Shown piece by piece: positions 1-9,160 of a DNA stretch of 64,000 bases. The position numbers and the translations under genes were made by a program. Numbering within the stretch: the first letter of the stretch is position 1; every line of letters begins with the position of its first letter. Source of the DNA: Planctomycetaceae bacterium (lineage in GTDB: Bacteria; Planctomycetota; Phycisphaerae; Sedimentisphaerales; UBA12454); assembly GCA_021371795.1 (NCBI GenBank), contig JAJFVK010000006.1, positions 23,452 through 87,451 of the forward strand. The letters run 5' to 3'. The notes under the pieces are model-generated. The model did no database searches and was not told the DNA's origin. It saw only the letters and a list, made by a program, of their open reading frames with translations.

Positions 1-91
1 AAATCCCTCAAGGCGACACTATGATGAGTTTTGTCAGTTTAATAGCCGATGACCCTCAAATGATTAGGCAAATTATCATTAATCAACATTT

Positions 92-121
92 AAAACGCCG
101 GTACATTTTGCCGGCGTTTTT
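92..121 (+). terminator. Rho-independent terminator-like hairpin at the left edge
   Basis: aaaaCGCCGGtacattttgCCGGCGttttt: 6-bp GC stem (96-101 / 111-116) followed by a T-run. The A-run upstream makes it potentially bidirectional. Confidence 0.5.
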
Positions 122-446
122 CATTTAGGGCCGGTTATGCTTATGGCGATGACATGCTGAAAACTCCGATTGTGCGATACTTTTTTGTGAATCTGTCCGG
201 CAAATATCTCGATGTGCCATTTAATGATATGCAGCGAACAGATTTTGCTTTTCAGGCTTGCAAGATAAATAACAGCCAATGGGGTAATTTCTGCGAGTTG
301 GAATATCACGCACCGGCAATCGGTTCAGGAACAGGAAAGTCGGAATGTGTTGATGTTTGCCAGACCTGGGCATTTCGCGTGAGTCAGAGAAAATACAAAA
401 AATAATAAATATTTTATTGACTTTGTCAAAAATATAAGGAATATTC

Positions 447-804
447 ATGGCGTATAAAATAGCATTATCTGTGTGTTTGCGTCCTGATGATGCGGAGTTT
501 GTATGTATTGGAACAATGCCACTGCTGAAAAAAGCTGGCTGGGCTATTCATAGTATGTGGACGTAAGTTCTGTAATTGAAACTATAGAAAAATGTTTTGC
601 TGTCACAAGAGTCAGAGGGACTGGCTGCTGGCACATCACGGTATGGATAAGTATATTGAAATGATGAAGGATTATGCCGTAAAAAGGGGTTCTCAATGCG
701 GCAAAAATATGCTGAAGGATTTCGTCAGTACTTGGGGGCAGGGCTATCCTCAGGATAATAGACTAAAGGCAGAATTTGCTGCTTTTGTTAAAGACGGGCA
801 CTAA
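447..804 (+). pseudogene. PIG-L/LmbE-family deacetylase remnant, split into an N-terminal and a C-terminal fragment
   Basis: The 39-aa ORF 447-566 (MAYKIALSVCLRPDDAEFVCIGTMPLLKKAGWAIH...) resembles the PIG-L N-terminus (AHPDDxE...GGT motif region, with H replaced by R). ORF 592-804 (CHKSQRDWLLAHHGMDKYIEMMKDYAVKRG...) resembles the C-terminal H-x-SQ region of the same family. The middle of the protein is missing. Confidence 0.45.
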
Positions 805-805
805 T

Positions 806-1936
806 ATGTCTATTGATATTTTAATTTTAAATACAGCGGTCGCCGATTTTCGCAGCGATGAATTCACCTTTACAGAAAAACTTGCCGGCCCAGGAGGTCT
901 TGCAAGATGTAAAACCAAAGATATGCCTGCTTATACTCAAAAAGAGTATAAGCAATGGATAGATAAAGGTATGGTTACCGCAGGCGGGCCGGGTAATACT
1001 GCGCCGTTAATCGCCAAAGCAGGTTTAAAAGTTGCTGTTGGTGTAAATCTCGGTCAAGGTGATTTTGATGGCCTTGATGCGCAGGGCAGATTCTTCTATG
1101 ATATGATGACAAGACATAATGTCGATATGTCACAAACGTTTGTTCATCCCAAGCTGCCGACAGGTACGACATTTATTTATGAAAAAGTAAATCATGAACG
1201 TGGCGGAATAGCATATTTCCCAAATGCGAATAATGATTTTGATTTCGAGTATTTTAAAAAATCTGTTGAAACACTTTCACCTAAAATAGTTTTCTATATG
1301 TATTCAGGTCTGTCAGACCGAGGCGATGCAAGTGAAGGTAAAGACCTTGCTAATTTTATCAAGTGGTGTAGACAAAAAGGAATAGTTACAATTATTGACA
1401 GTCATACGCTTACAGGCAATCCGCAAAAACTGATAGAAGAAAAAGCCGTTGTTCCTGAATACAAGCTTTTAGAACCGTTATTACCTGAGCTTGATATATT
1501 TTTCACATCGTATGATGAAGCGAGAATGATAGCCAACACACTTGGAGAGAATATTCCGGAGCATGATTTTATAGTAAATTTCCTGAAATTCTTATCTAAG
1601 GAATACAAAAACTTCAAAATCTTCGGCGTAACGGTGAAAGATGGTGCCTATATAACTTATAAAGATGCAAATGGAAATGTTATAGCTCCGAAGAAGATAA
1701 CATCTCGTTTTATGGGGAAGGGAGTAACGGATTTGGTAGGCGCCGGTGATTCATTCAGAGCTGGCGTTGTTACATATATCGCAAAAAATATCGATGAATT
1801 TAAAAATGGTAAGATTGATATTGAGCAGGCAATCCAAATGGGTAATTTATTTGCATCTCTTTATATAAAAGCACCATTAAACAGCCGATATGGCAGCATA
1901 GAAAATTATGGCAAGATGTTGGAAATAATAAAATAA
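806..1936 (+). CDS. PfkB-family carbohydrate kinase
   Basis: C-terminal PfkB signature DLVGAGDSFRAGVV. The ATG at 806 (MSIDILILNTAV...) is preferred over the upstream extension at 776. Confidence 0.8.
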   Translation: MSIDILILNTAVADFRSDEFTFTEKLAGPGGLARCKTKDMPAYTQKEYKQWIDKGMVTAGGPGNTAPLIAKAGLKVAVGVNLGQGDFDGLDAQGRFFYDMMTRHNVDMSQTFVHPKLPTGTTFIYEKVNHERGGIAYFPNANNDFDFEYFKKSVETLSPKIVFYMYSGLSDRGDASEGKDLANFIKWCRQKGIVTIIDSHTLTGNPQKLIEEKAVVPEYKLLEPLLPELDIFFTSYDEARMIANTLGENIPEHDFIVNFLKFLSKEYKNFKIFGVTVKDGAYITYKDANGNVIAPKKITSRFMGKGVTDLVGAGDSFRAGVVTYIAKNIDEFKNGKIDIEQAIQMGNLFASLYIKAPLNSRYGSIENYGKMLEIIK

Positions 1937-3016
1937 ATGAAAAATCATATATTTACTGGTTTCGGTTTCGGGCCTATACAGGCTGGATTATTTGTCAACG
2001 AAGCATATAAAAGCGGCAATTTCTCAAGGATTGTTATTTCTGAAGTTGACCAGAAATTGGTTGATGCAGTTCGTGCCAACAACGGCTGTTACTATATTAA
2101 TGTTGCAAAAAGTAATTGCACTGAGACATTTAAGATTGAAGGCATTGAAATTTATAATCCATCAGTTGATAAAGATAAGGCTGAACTTATAAGAGCTATT
2201 TCGCAATCCACAGAGTTTTGTACATCTCTGCCATCGGTGAATTTTTATGATAAAGGTGTTGCGCAATTAATTAAAGAAGGATTGAGTAAAACCAATAATG
2301 TGATAGTTTATACCGCTGAAAATAATAATCACGCAGCGGAAATTCTTGAACAAAAAGTTGGTTCATTTAAAAATGTACAATTTTTAAATACAGTTATTGG
2401 CAAGATGAGTCAGGTTGTAACTGATAAGGATGAAATCCAAAGAAAGAACCTGAAAACAATAGTTCCCGGAGTTGACAGGGCGTTTTTAGTTGAGGAATTT
2501 AATAAAATCCTTGTAACGAAATGTCATCTTCCTGATTTTGCACCAGGCATAAGAGTCTTTATTGAAAAAGAAGATTTGCTTCCATTTGAAGAAGCCAAGC
2601 TTTATGGCCATAACGCAATCCATGCGCTTTTAGCATATTTAGGCGCACAAAAAGGTTATAAGAAAATGGCAGAATTGAAAAATGATAAAGATATAATGCA
2701 GATAGCCGGAGATGCATTTATAAAAGAATCCGGCGCTGCACTAATAAAAAAATATACACATCTTAATGATGAGTTATTTACAGAACAAGGCTATAAAGCA
2801 TATGCTGAAGATTTGCTTGGGCGAATGACGAATCCATATTTGGATGACACGATAGAACGAGCAGCAAGGGATCCACAGCGAAAACTTGGCGAGAATGACA
2901 GAATATTCGGTACGATGAAACTTGCTGTGGAGCAAGGCATAGAACCTGTTAATATGACCAAAGCCGCCGAGGCAGGGATGGAATATCTGTCAAAATTATC
3001 TATTGTCAAAATTTGA
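1937..3016 (+). CDS. Mannitol-1-phosphate 5-dehydrogenase-family (MtlD-like) polyol-phosphate dehydrogenase
   Basis: Collinear with E. coli MtlD as I remember it: FGFGPIQAGLF (vs FGAGNIGRGF), KLYGHNAIHALLAYLG (vs KLFTLNTGHAITAYLG), ESGAALIKKY, LGRMTNPYLDDTIERAARDPQRKLGENDRI. The start abuts the kinase stop (TAAATG). Confidence 0.75.
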   Translation: MKNHIFTGFGFGPIQAGLFVNEAYKSGNFSRIVISEVDQKLVDAVRANNGCYYINVAKSNCTETFKIEGIEIYNPSVDKDKAELIRAISQSTEFCTSLPSVNFYDKGVAQLIKEGLSKTNNVIVYTAENNNHAAEILEQKVGSFKNVQFLNTVIGKMSQVVTDKDEIQRKNLKTIVPGVDRAFLVEEFNKILVTKCHLPDFAPGIRVFIEKEDLLPFEEAKLYGHNAIHALLAYLGAQKGYKKMAELKNDKDIMQIAGDAFIKESGAALIKKYTHLNDELFTEQGYKAYAEDLLGRMTNPYLDDTIERAARDPQRKLGENDRIFGTMKLAVEQGIEPVNMTKAAEAGMEYLSKLSIVKI

Positions 3017-3104
3017 CAGTTTATTTAATCGTCCAAATGGCGTCGAAGTTCAGTCTGTGCGGACTGAATGAAAAATAATTTCCGGGTAATTTTTCCTTAT
3101 GTGA

Positions 3105-4004
3105 TTATGAGATTAATTGCAACGGATTATTATATACAACCTTTTTAATTTGCCGGCTTGTTAGTATATTTAGTTTATTCAAATATTTTAAACATTCTAC
3201 AAGTGTCGCGGATGAGCCGACCATACATTTTTTCTTTGGATTGTGCAAATACCCATTCTTTTCAAGCACAGTTTCATTTTCAAGCACATTGTATTTTCCA
3301 GGCGGCATTCCGGCGATTGGTGAAGCATCGCTGATGACAGTTACTTTATCGACACCTTTCGCTCTTATTATTGTTTTTATTAAATGCGCAGGTAAATGAT
3401 GGCCATCGGTAATGATGGTTGCCGCCAGTTTATCACAGGCCAGGCCATATTGCAGCATGTTGTCGTGGCGATTAACCATATTCGGCATTCCATTGCCAAG
3501 ATGAGTAACTGCCTTTGCTCCAGCATCGGCAAGTCTTTCGAGGTCGTTTAACTGTGCATTCTGATGACCGAGGAAAACACTAATGTTATTTTTGCAGGCA
3601 TATTTGCATAACTTGTCTGCGTTCTGCAATTCAGCGGCCATTGTCAGGATTTTTATTTTGCCATTTGCCCATTCCTGCATTTTTTTTAAAAAATCGATAT
3701 CAGTTTTTTTTGTCCATTTTGGATTATGCGCTCCCACGGCACCGGATTCTTTGGAGATAAAAGGCCCTTCGGCATGAATGCCGAGAATATGTTCCTTTAA
3801 TTCCGGTTTTTCCGATGCTTTTGCGATTAACGAAAGGTTCCTTTTGTACACATTTTCAGAACTTGTGATTATTGTCGGTAGAAATGCCGTTACGCCGTGT
3901 TTTATCATTTTTTGACAGGCGTATATAAAGTCGGATTCCGTCAGTTGAGGACTTGAAAAGTCCACTCCCATATATCCATTTACTTGCAGGTCGATAAGTT
4001 TCAT
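3105..4004 (-). CDS. N-acetylglucosamine-6-phosphate deacetylase-like amidohydrolase (NagA family), short form
   Basis: LIDLQVNGYMGVDF matches NagA FIDVQLNGCGGVQF. Metal/catalytic motifs are present: HAEGP, GHQN, THLGNGMP, ISDAS. At 299 aa it lacks the roughly 50-aa N-terminal beta-sandwich segment of canonical NagA. Confidence 0.75.
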   Translation of the reverse strand: MKLIDLQVNGYMGVDFSSPQLTESDFIYACQKMIKHGVTAFLPTIITSSENVYKRNLSLIAKASEKPELKEHILGIHAEGPFISKESGAVGAHNPKWTKKTDIDFLKKMQEWANGKIKILTMAAELQNADKLCKYACKNNISVFLGHQNAQLNDLERLADAGAKAVTHLGNGMPNMVNRHDNMLQYGLACDKLAATIITDGHHLPAHLIKTIIRAKGVDKVTVISDASPIAGMPPGKYNVLENETVLEKNGYLHNPKKKCMVGSSATLVECLKYLNKLNILTSRQIKKVVYNNPLQLIS

Positions 4005-4029
4005 TATAATCCGTTTCCTTTAATCTAAT

Positions 4030-4050
4030 CTGGTATAGTCATTATACCAG
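4030..4050. promoter_or_regulatory. Perfect palindrome CTGGTATA-N5-TATACCAG, candidate GntR operator
   Basis: Read directly in the divergent nagA-like/gntR intergenic region. The T.GT...AC.A-type core is typical of GntR/FadR-class operators. Confidence 0.45.
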
Positions 4051-4086
4051 TAGTCGCCATTTGTGCAATAATATTTTTTTTTAGGC

Positions 4087-4116
4087 TTGACATATCTGCC
4101 GGCTATCTGGTATATT
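4087..4116 (+). promoter_or_regulatory. Sigma-70-like promoter for the gntR-gdh operon (TTGACA-N18-TATATT)
   Basis: Hexamers read directly. The second palindrome overlaps the -10 box and the predicted transcription start. Confidence 0.4.
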
Positions 4117-4129
4117 ATATGTACCAGAT
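4105..4129. promoter_or_regulatory. Second palindrome ATCTGGTA-N9-TACCAGAT, candidate GntR operator (autoregulation)
   Basis: Shares the CTGGTA/TACCAG half-sites with the 4030-4050 palindrome and overlaps the putative -10 box. Confidence 0.45.
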
Positions 4130-4811
4130 TTGGAAAATTGATATGGATAAAGAATTACTTGGGATAAAAGTTGTAAGAAAAGTAATCCAGCTTGTTTCTA
4201 CGGGAGTCTTCAAGCGAGGGCGGAAACTCCCCGCAGAAAGAGTCCTTTGTGAAAAACTGGGCGTAAGCAGGGGGACGTTAAGACAGGGGCTGGCGGATTT
4301 GCAGAGTCTTGGGGTAATCAGGATTGTGCCAAGAAGCGGTATCTATATAAGAAAATATTCAGAGAAAAAACTGCCGCCCAAAGTTCTGCCGCCGAATTTC
4401 AAGGATGTGAGTCTGAATGATATTATAAATGCAAGAAAAATTATTGAGATACCATCGCTTAAACTTGCCTGCGAAAATGCGACAAGAGAGGAAGTAGGCG
4501 TTTTGGACGGTATTATTAGCAAGATGACAAAAACGGTCGATGATTTGCCTGATTTTCTAATAAACGATATGAATTTCCACAAGGCGATTGTCGCAATGAG
4601 TAAAAATCTTGTTCTGGTAACGGCGTTTGAAGCTATTTCTGAATATTTGAAATATTCACAGGTGTACAGCAGCATTCACGAAGGTGAGGAAGAAAAAGCG
4701 TTGAACTTCCATAAGAAAATTTTTGACGCTATCCGGAAAAAAGATGCCAGGCAAGGCGTGAAGATACTTGGACAGCATTTAGATGAAATTTTAGAAACTT
4801 CAAAATTATGA
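4119..4811 (+). CDS. GntR-family transcriptional regulator (winged HTH plus FCD-type C-terminal domain)
   Basis: KLPAERVLCEKLGVSRGTLRQGLADLQSLGVIRIVPRSGIYI is a typical GntR HTH. If the promoter call is right, the real start is the ATG at 4143 (MDKELLG...). Confidence 0.85.
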   Translation: MYQIWKIDMDKELLGIKVVRKVIQLVSTGVFKRGRKLPAERVLCEKLGVSRGTLRQGLADLQSLGVIRIVPRSGIYIRKYSEKKLPPKVLPPNFKDVSLNDIINARKIIEIPSLKLACENATREEVGVLDGIISKMTKTVDDLPDFLINDMNFHKAIVAMSKNLVLVTAFEAISEYLKYSQVYSSIHEGEEEKALNFHKKIFDAIRKKDARQGVKILGQHLDEILETSKL

Positions 4812-6079
4812 AAGAGTTACTTATGAAAAATGTATGTGGAATTTTACAAACTGCGAAATTGAATCTTGAACAAACAGCGGTCAGGTTGAAAGTTTCTGAC
4901 AATATACTTAACAGACTTTTAGAGCCCAAAGAAAAAATAGAGTTGACATTAAATCCAACTTTGAGCGACGGCAGGCATATACAAGTTAAGACGTATATCG
5001 TTAAGCACAGGGATTCGCTCGGACCGGCCAAGGGCGGGATAAGAATGTCTGCATCTGTAACGGTTGACGACATTCAGGGGCTTGCGATGGAGATGACGTG
5101 GAAAACTGCTCTAATAGGCGTGCCTTTCGGCGGCGGCAAAAGCGGCATACAGTTTGACCCGGTCGGAATCAGCCAGGAAGACAAGGAAATAATTATTCGT
5201 TCATTTACACGTGGTGCAATGCGGCACATTGGCCCGGAAATTTATGTGCCTGCTCCTGATATGGGTACAAATGAAGCTGATATGGGACATATAAGAGACT
5301 GCCTTGCGTATTCCAGAGGCCAATCCATAACTAACGGCTGTTATGTTACAGGCAAACCAATAATACTGGGCGGCATAGTAGGCAGAAAAGAGGCGACTGG
5401 AAGAGGTGTTGCATATACAGTTCTTGCTGCGTGTGAAAAGCTCGGACTTGACATAAAACAAACTCGTATAGCTGTGCAGGGCTTTGGCAATGTCGGCTCT
5501 ATCGCTGCAATGGAACTTTCCGAATTCGGAGCAAAGATAGTGGCTGTCTCGGATGTAACAGGTGGGATAAAAGATGAGCATGGAATTGATATGAAACATT
5601 TAGCAGGATACGTAAAAGAATGTGGTCAAATTTGCGGCTATCCTGTGGCAAAGGAATGCACAAATGATGATGTTTTAACATGCGATTGCGATATTCTCGT
5701 TCCCGCTGCCACGCAGTCGGTCATAACCAGTGATATAGCCAAAAATATTAAAGCCAAAATTATTGCCGAAGGCGCGAATTCGCCAACTATACCGGATGCT
5801 GATGAGATTTTGGCACAAAGGAACATTTTTATTATCCCTGATATTTTGTGCAACGCTGGCGGTGTATTTGTGTCTTATCTGGAATATACGCAGGAAACGC
5901 AGCGTGAGCAAATGACACTTGAACAGGTTAATAAAAGACTTAACGAAAGAATGAATAACAGATTTGAACAGGTTTTTGATTATTCACAGAAAAATAAGTT
6001 AACAATGCGTCAGGCCGCGATGGATATAGCGGTTGGAAGGGTTGTGGAAGCGACACAGGCGTTAGGTGCACTTCCATAA
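4808..6079 (+). CDS. gdh: Glutamate dehydrogenase (Glu/Leu/Phe/Val dehydrogenase family)
   Basis: GPAKGGIRM and PFGGGKSG catalytic-lysine motif. Rossmann motif GFGNVGS. ATGA overlap with the gntR stop. Confidence 0.9.
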   Translation: MKELLMKNVCGILQTAKLNLEQTAVRLKVSDNILNRLLEPKEKIELTLNPTLSDGRHIQVKTYIVKHRDSLGPAKGGIRMSASVTVDDIQGLAMEMTWKTALIGVPFGGGKSGIQFDPVGISQEDKEIIIRSFTRGAMRHIGPEIYVPAPDMGTNEADMGHIRDCLAYSRGQSITNGCYVTGKPIILGGIVGRKEATGRGVAYTVLAACEKLGLDIKQTRIAVQGFGNVGSIAAMELSEFGAKIVAVSDVTGGIKDEHGIDMKHLAGYVKECGQICGYPVAKECTNDDVLTCDCDILVPAATQSVITSDIAKNIKAKIIAEGANSPTIPDADEILAQRNIFIIPDILCNAGGVFVSYLEYTQETQREQMTLEQVNKRLNERMNNRFEQVFDYSQKNKLTMRQAAMDIAVGRVVEATQALGALP

Positions 6080-6098
6080 GAACTGAAAGGAATTAATA

Positions 6099-7328
6099 AT
6101 GAGTAAATCACAGGTTTTAGTGGTCGGCGGCGGTATGATTACGCAGGTGCAGATACTTCCCTCACTGTATCATTTGCAGAGGCAGGGAATTATTGGTGAT
6201 ATAAGTGTTTGTGCCCTGAATAGTGCGCCGCTGAAAGTATTGGCCGAAGATGAAGCATTAAAAAGAGCTTTTCCGAATCAGGGTTTCAAAGCGGTTCCTT
6301 CGCTCGACAGCGACCCGAAGAAAAATCAGCCCGACCTTTTCAAAAAGGCTATTGCCGAATTGCCGAAGCACAGCATTGTTGTAGTGGCGATGCCGGACCA
6401 GCTTCATTATATGGTTCTTAAAGAAGCGATTGCCAACGACCAGCATATAATGTGCGTAAAGCCGCTGGTGCTCAAATATAATCAGGCTCTTGAAATTGAA
6501 AAAGAGGCTTACGAAAAAGGTCTTGCCATTGGTGTCGAGTATCACAAGCGTCTCGACGACAGGGCTTTGTTTGCACGTCAGCAGTACAGGGACGGTTTGT
6601 TTGGCGAATTTAAAATCGGCCACGCAGAAATGAACGAGCCTTATTATTACAGACACTCTAATTTCCAGAACTGGTGTACCTGCGAAAATTCAGATATGTT
6701 CACTTATGTCGGCTGTCATTACATCGACCAGGTTCATTTCATTACAGGTCTGATGCCGAAGTCGGTTTCAGTTTACGGAATAAAAGATAAATATCCGAAC
6801 GGCAACGAAGGGTATCTCTGGACGGATGGCAGAGTAATTTGGGACAACGGCGCATGCCTGCACGTTACTGATATTATGGGCTATCCCGACGACGGTCCCG
6901 GCGGAAATTTCCAGGGATTGAGAATGTACTGTGCAGGCAACGGCAGAAGCGGAATGCTTGTTCACAATGACCAATACCGCGGCCTGGAATATTGTTACGT
7001 TGAAAAAAGGGACGGCAAATATTATTCCGAGCCGAGTCCGGATTATTTCAAATATATAAATCTCGGCGACGGCGGCCTGACTCCCGTTGGTTACGGCTAT
7101 CGGTCGATTGAATTTATTTTGAAAAATATTAATAAATGTCTGGGGGCTGATTTGAAACATCGCCAGGCATTGCTGAAGGAATTTGACAAACAGGGTGTTA
7201 TGGCGACTCCCGCCAACAGCAGTTATAACGAATTGGTTATGGAAGCCGGAAGGCTTTCGATATTAAATGGCGGCAAGGAAGTTGAAATTATCTACGGCGA
7301 AAATGCCGGTGTGAAACTTAAAAACTAA
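6099..7328 (+). CDS. Gfo/Idh/MocA-family NAD(P)-dependent oxidoreductase
   Basis: N-terminal Rossmann motif VLVVGGGMITQ; EYHKR and GCHYIDQ motifs typical of the family. Confidence 0.7.
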   Translation: MSKSQVLVVGGGMITQVQILPSLYHLQRQGIIGDISVCALNSAPLKVLAEDEALKRAFPNQGFKAVPSLDSDPKKNQPDLFKKAIAELPKHSIVVVAMPDQLHYMVLKEAIANDQHIMCVKPLVLKYNQALEIEKEAYEKGLAIGVEYHKRLDDRALFARQQYRDGLFGEFKIGHAEMNEPYYYRHSNFQNWCTCENSDMFTYVGCHYIDQVHFITGLMPKSVSVYGIKDKYPNGNEGYLWTDGRVIWDNGACLHVTDIMGYPDDGPGGNFQGLRMYCAGNGRSGMLVHNDQYRGLEYCYVEKRDGKYYSEPSPDYFKYINLGDGGLTPVGYGYRSIEFILKNINKCLGADLKHRQALLKEFDKQGVMATPANSSYNELVMEAGRLSILNGGKEVEIIYGENAGVKLKN

Positions 7329-7387
7329 TTATCAGAGCCCCGACTATGAGGGAGGGGTAAAAAAGCAAAGAAAGGTATAGTTTAAAA

Positions 7388-8758
7388 ATGGCTAAGGAAT
7401 TTCCACTTGAGTCGGTATCAGTTGAAACAATTGAAACTAAATACAGGAAAGTATCAGGCAAAATCCCGAACGATAAAACGATAGAACAAATTAAAACACT
7501 GCGGGAATTTGAAGCACGCAGTATGCGCGGCCAGCTTCCTGTTGTCTGGGACCACGCACAGGGCATAAATGTCTTCGATGCTTATGGGAATAAATGGCTG
7601 GATTTTTCATCGGGCGTTTTGATTACAAACGCCGGCCACGGTCATCCTGAAATCGTTAAAGCTATTATAAATCAGGCATCAAAGCCTTTGCTCACGACAT
7701 ATTGTTTTCCGAATCTGCCGAGAATCGATTTGGTTCAGAAGCTTGTGTCAATCGTGCCCAAAAAACTGAATAAGGTATTTCTTTTAAGCACTGGCGCCGA
7801 AGCAACTGAATGCGTTTTAAAGTTGATGCGAACTTATGGTAAAAAAGTCCGGTCGGAAGCGAAGAATATTATCGTTTCATTTACGGATGCTTTCCACGGC
7901 AGGACGCTCGGCTCGCAGCAGATGGGACCTCTGGGCACAGGAAGAGCGTGGATTAAAACCCTTGATAGGGAAATCGTTCATGTGCCGTTCCCGGACGGTT
8001 TCAGAAATGAAGATGTCAGCTTTGACTTGTTTGAAAAGACTCTGTCGAAATTGAAAATAAATCCTGACAATGTCGCAGGTGTAATCAGCGAGACGTATCA
8101 GGGAATCGGGCCGAATTTTATGCCGAAAGAATATGCGCAGAAACTTAGACAGTGGTGCGATACTTATAACGCATTACTTTGCTTTGATGAAGTTCAGGCC
8201 GGCTTCGGCAGATGCGGCACAATGTGGGGATTTGAGTATTATGAAGTTGTTCCCGATTTATTCTGCATGGGCAAAGGTTTCAGCAGTTCGCTTCCGATTA
8301 GCGGCGTGATTGGCCGGGCTGATGTGATGGATATGTATGGTCCGAATGAAATGACAAGTACGCATTCAGCAAATCCGATTTGCTGTGTGGCTGCTTTGGC
8401 GAATATCAATGTTATTCAAAACGAAAAACTCGTGCAAAACTCTGCCGAAGTTGGCAAGGTTTTAAAGAGCGAATTGGAATCCATTCAAAAAGAATTTTCT
8501 GATATTATTGGTTTTGCACCGGCAAAGGGTTTGGTCGGCGGTTTGCTGATGGTAAAGAAGGGCACAAAAGAGCCTGATTATGATTTAGCATGGAACATTG
8601 TATATGAGTGTTATAAAAAAGGCCTTTTGTTATTTGCACCTGTCGGCATTGGCGGTGGGTGTGTAAAAATAGCTCCGCCCCTATGTATAACCAAAGATGC
8701 GGTTATAGAAGGATGCGGTGTCATTCGCCAGGCAATTAGCGAGTTACATCTTGCGTAG
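7388..8758 (+). CDS. Class-III (ornithine/GABA-type) PLP-dependent aminotransferase
   Basis: GHGHPEIV, FDEVQAGFGRCGTMWGFE, and GKGFSS carrying the Schiff-base lysine. Confidence 0.85.
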   Translation: MAKEFPLESVSVETIETKYRKVSGKIPNDKTIEQIKTLREFEARSMRGQLPVVWDHAQGINVFDAYGNKWLDFSSGVLITNAGHGHPEIVKAIINQASKPLLTTYCFPNLPRIDLVQKLVSIVPKKLNKVFLLSTGAEATECVLKLMRTYGKKVRSEAKNIIVSFTDAFHGRTLGSQQMGPLGTGRAWIKTLDREIVHVPFPDGFRNEDVSFDLFEKTLSKLKINPDNVAGVISETYQGIGPNFMPKEYAQKLRQWCDTYNALLCFDEVQAGFGRCGTMWGFEYYEVVPDLFCMGKGFSSSLPISGVIGRADVMDMYGPNEMTSTHSANPICCVAALANINVIQNEKLVQNSAEVGKVLKSELESIQKEFSDIIGFAPAKGLVGGLLMVKKGTKEPDYDLAWNIVYECYKKGLLLFAPVGIGGGCVKIAPPLCITKDAVIEGCGVIRQAISELHLA

Positions 8759-8834
8759 ATGAGTCGGGTTGGATTGCTTTTATTAAAAGTAAAGCTTTAA
8801 GGGAACTTATAAAAATTCGGAAAAATTGAGATTG

Positions 8835-8868
8835 CTTTCCCCGCCTGCGCGGGGAAAGTCTCTGTTTT
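8835..8868 (+). terminator. Terminator-like hairpin after the aminotransferase gene
   Basis: CTTTCCCCGC-ctgc-GCGGGGAAAG: perfect 10-bp stem followed by tctctgtttt. Confidence 0.5.
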
Positions 8869-9060
8869 ATGCCGAAATGCCACAAAAACTCTTCCCAAGG
8901 GACATGAATTCATAAATAGAGTGTCCGCCATTCGTTTTAGCACATCCGTATTACTTACTATTTTTCTGTAAGTTAATGCAAGTTTTTACTGTATGACCAA
9001 TCGTCGTATTTAAACAAAACCGCAATTTTCAGTACTAAAAAGCGGGTTTTTGCGGCTGAT

Positions 9061-9090
9061 TTGACTTTTTGCACATACCTTGCCTATACT
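9061..9090 (+). promoter_or_regulatory. Sigma-70-like promoter upstream of dnaG (TTGACT-N18-TATACT)
   Basis: Hexamers read directly, about 70 nt upstream of the dnaG start. Confidence 0.4.
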
Positions 9091-9160
9091 TATTGTCCTT
9101 ATTTTATCTAACTTCCCCAATCAGGGTACTTAATTAACCAAAGGATTGACCCATATATAA

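Noticed and set aside
154-405. An 83-aa plus-strand ORF (and overlapping minus-strand ORFs) between the left-edge terminator and the PIG-L remnant
   Set aside because: No recognisable motif, signal or RBS. It sits in a region that also shows gene decay. Coding cannot be excluded, but I cannot support it.
8835-8858. CTTTCCCCGC-CTGC-GCGGGGAAAG looks like a type I CRISPR repeat
   Set aside because: There is only one copy, no spacer-repeat periodicity and no cas genes in the window. It is better explained as a terminator hairpin.
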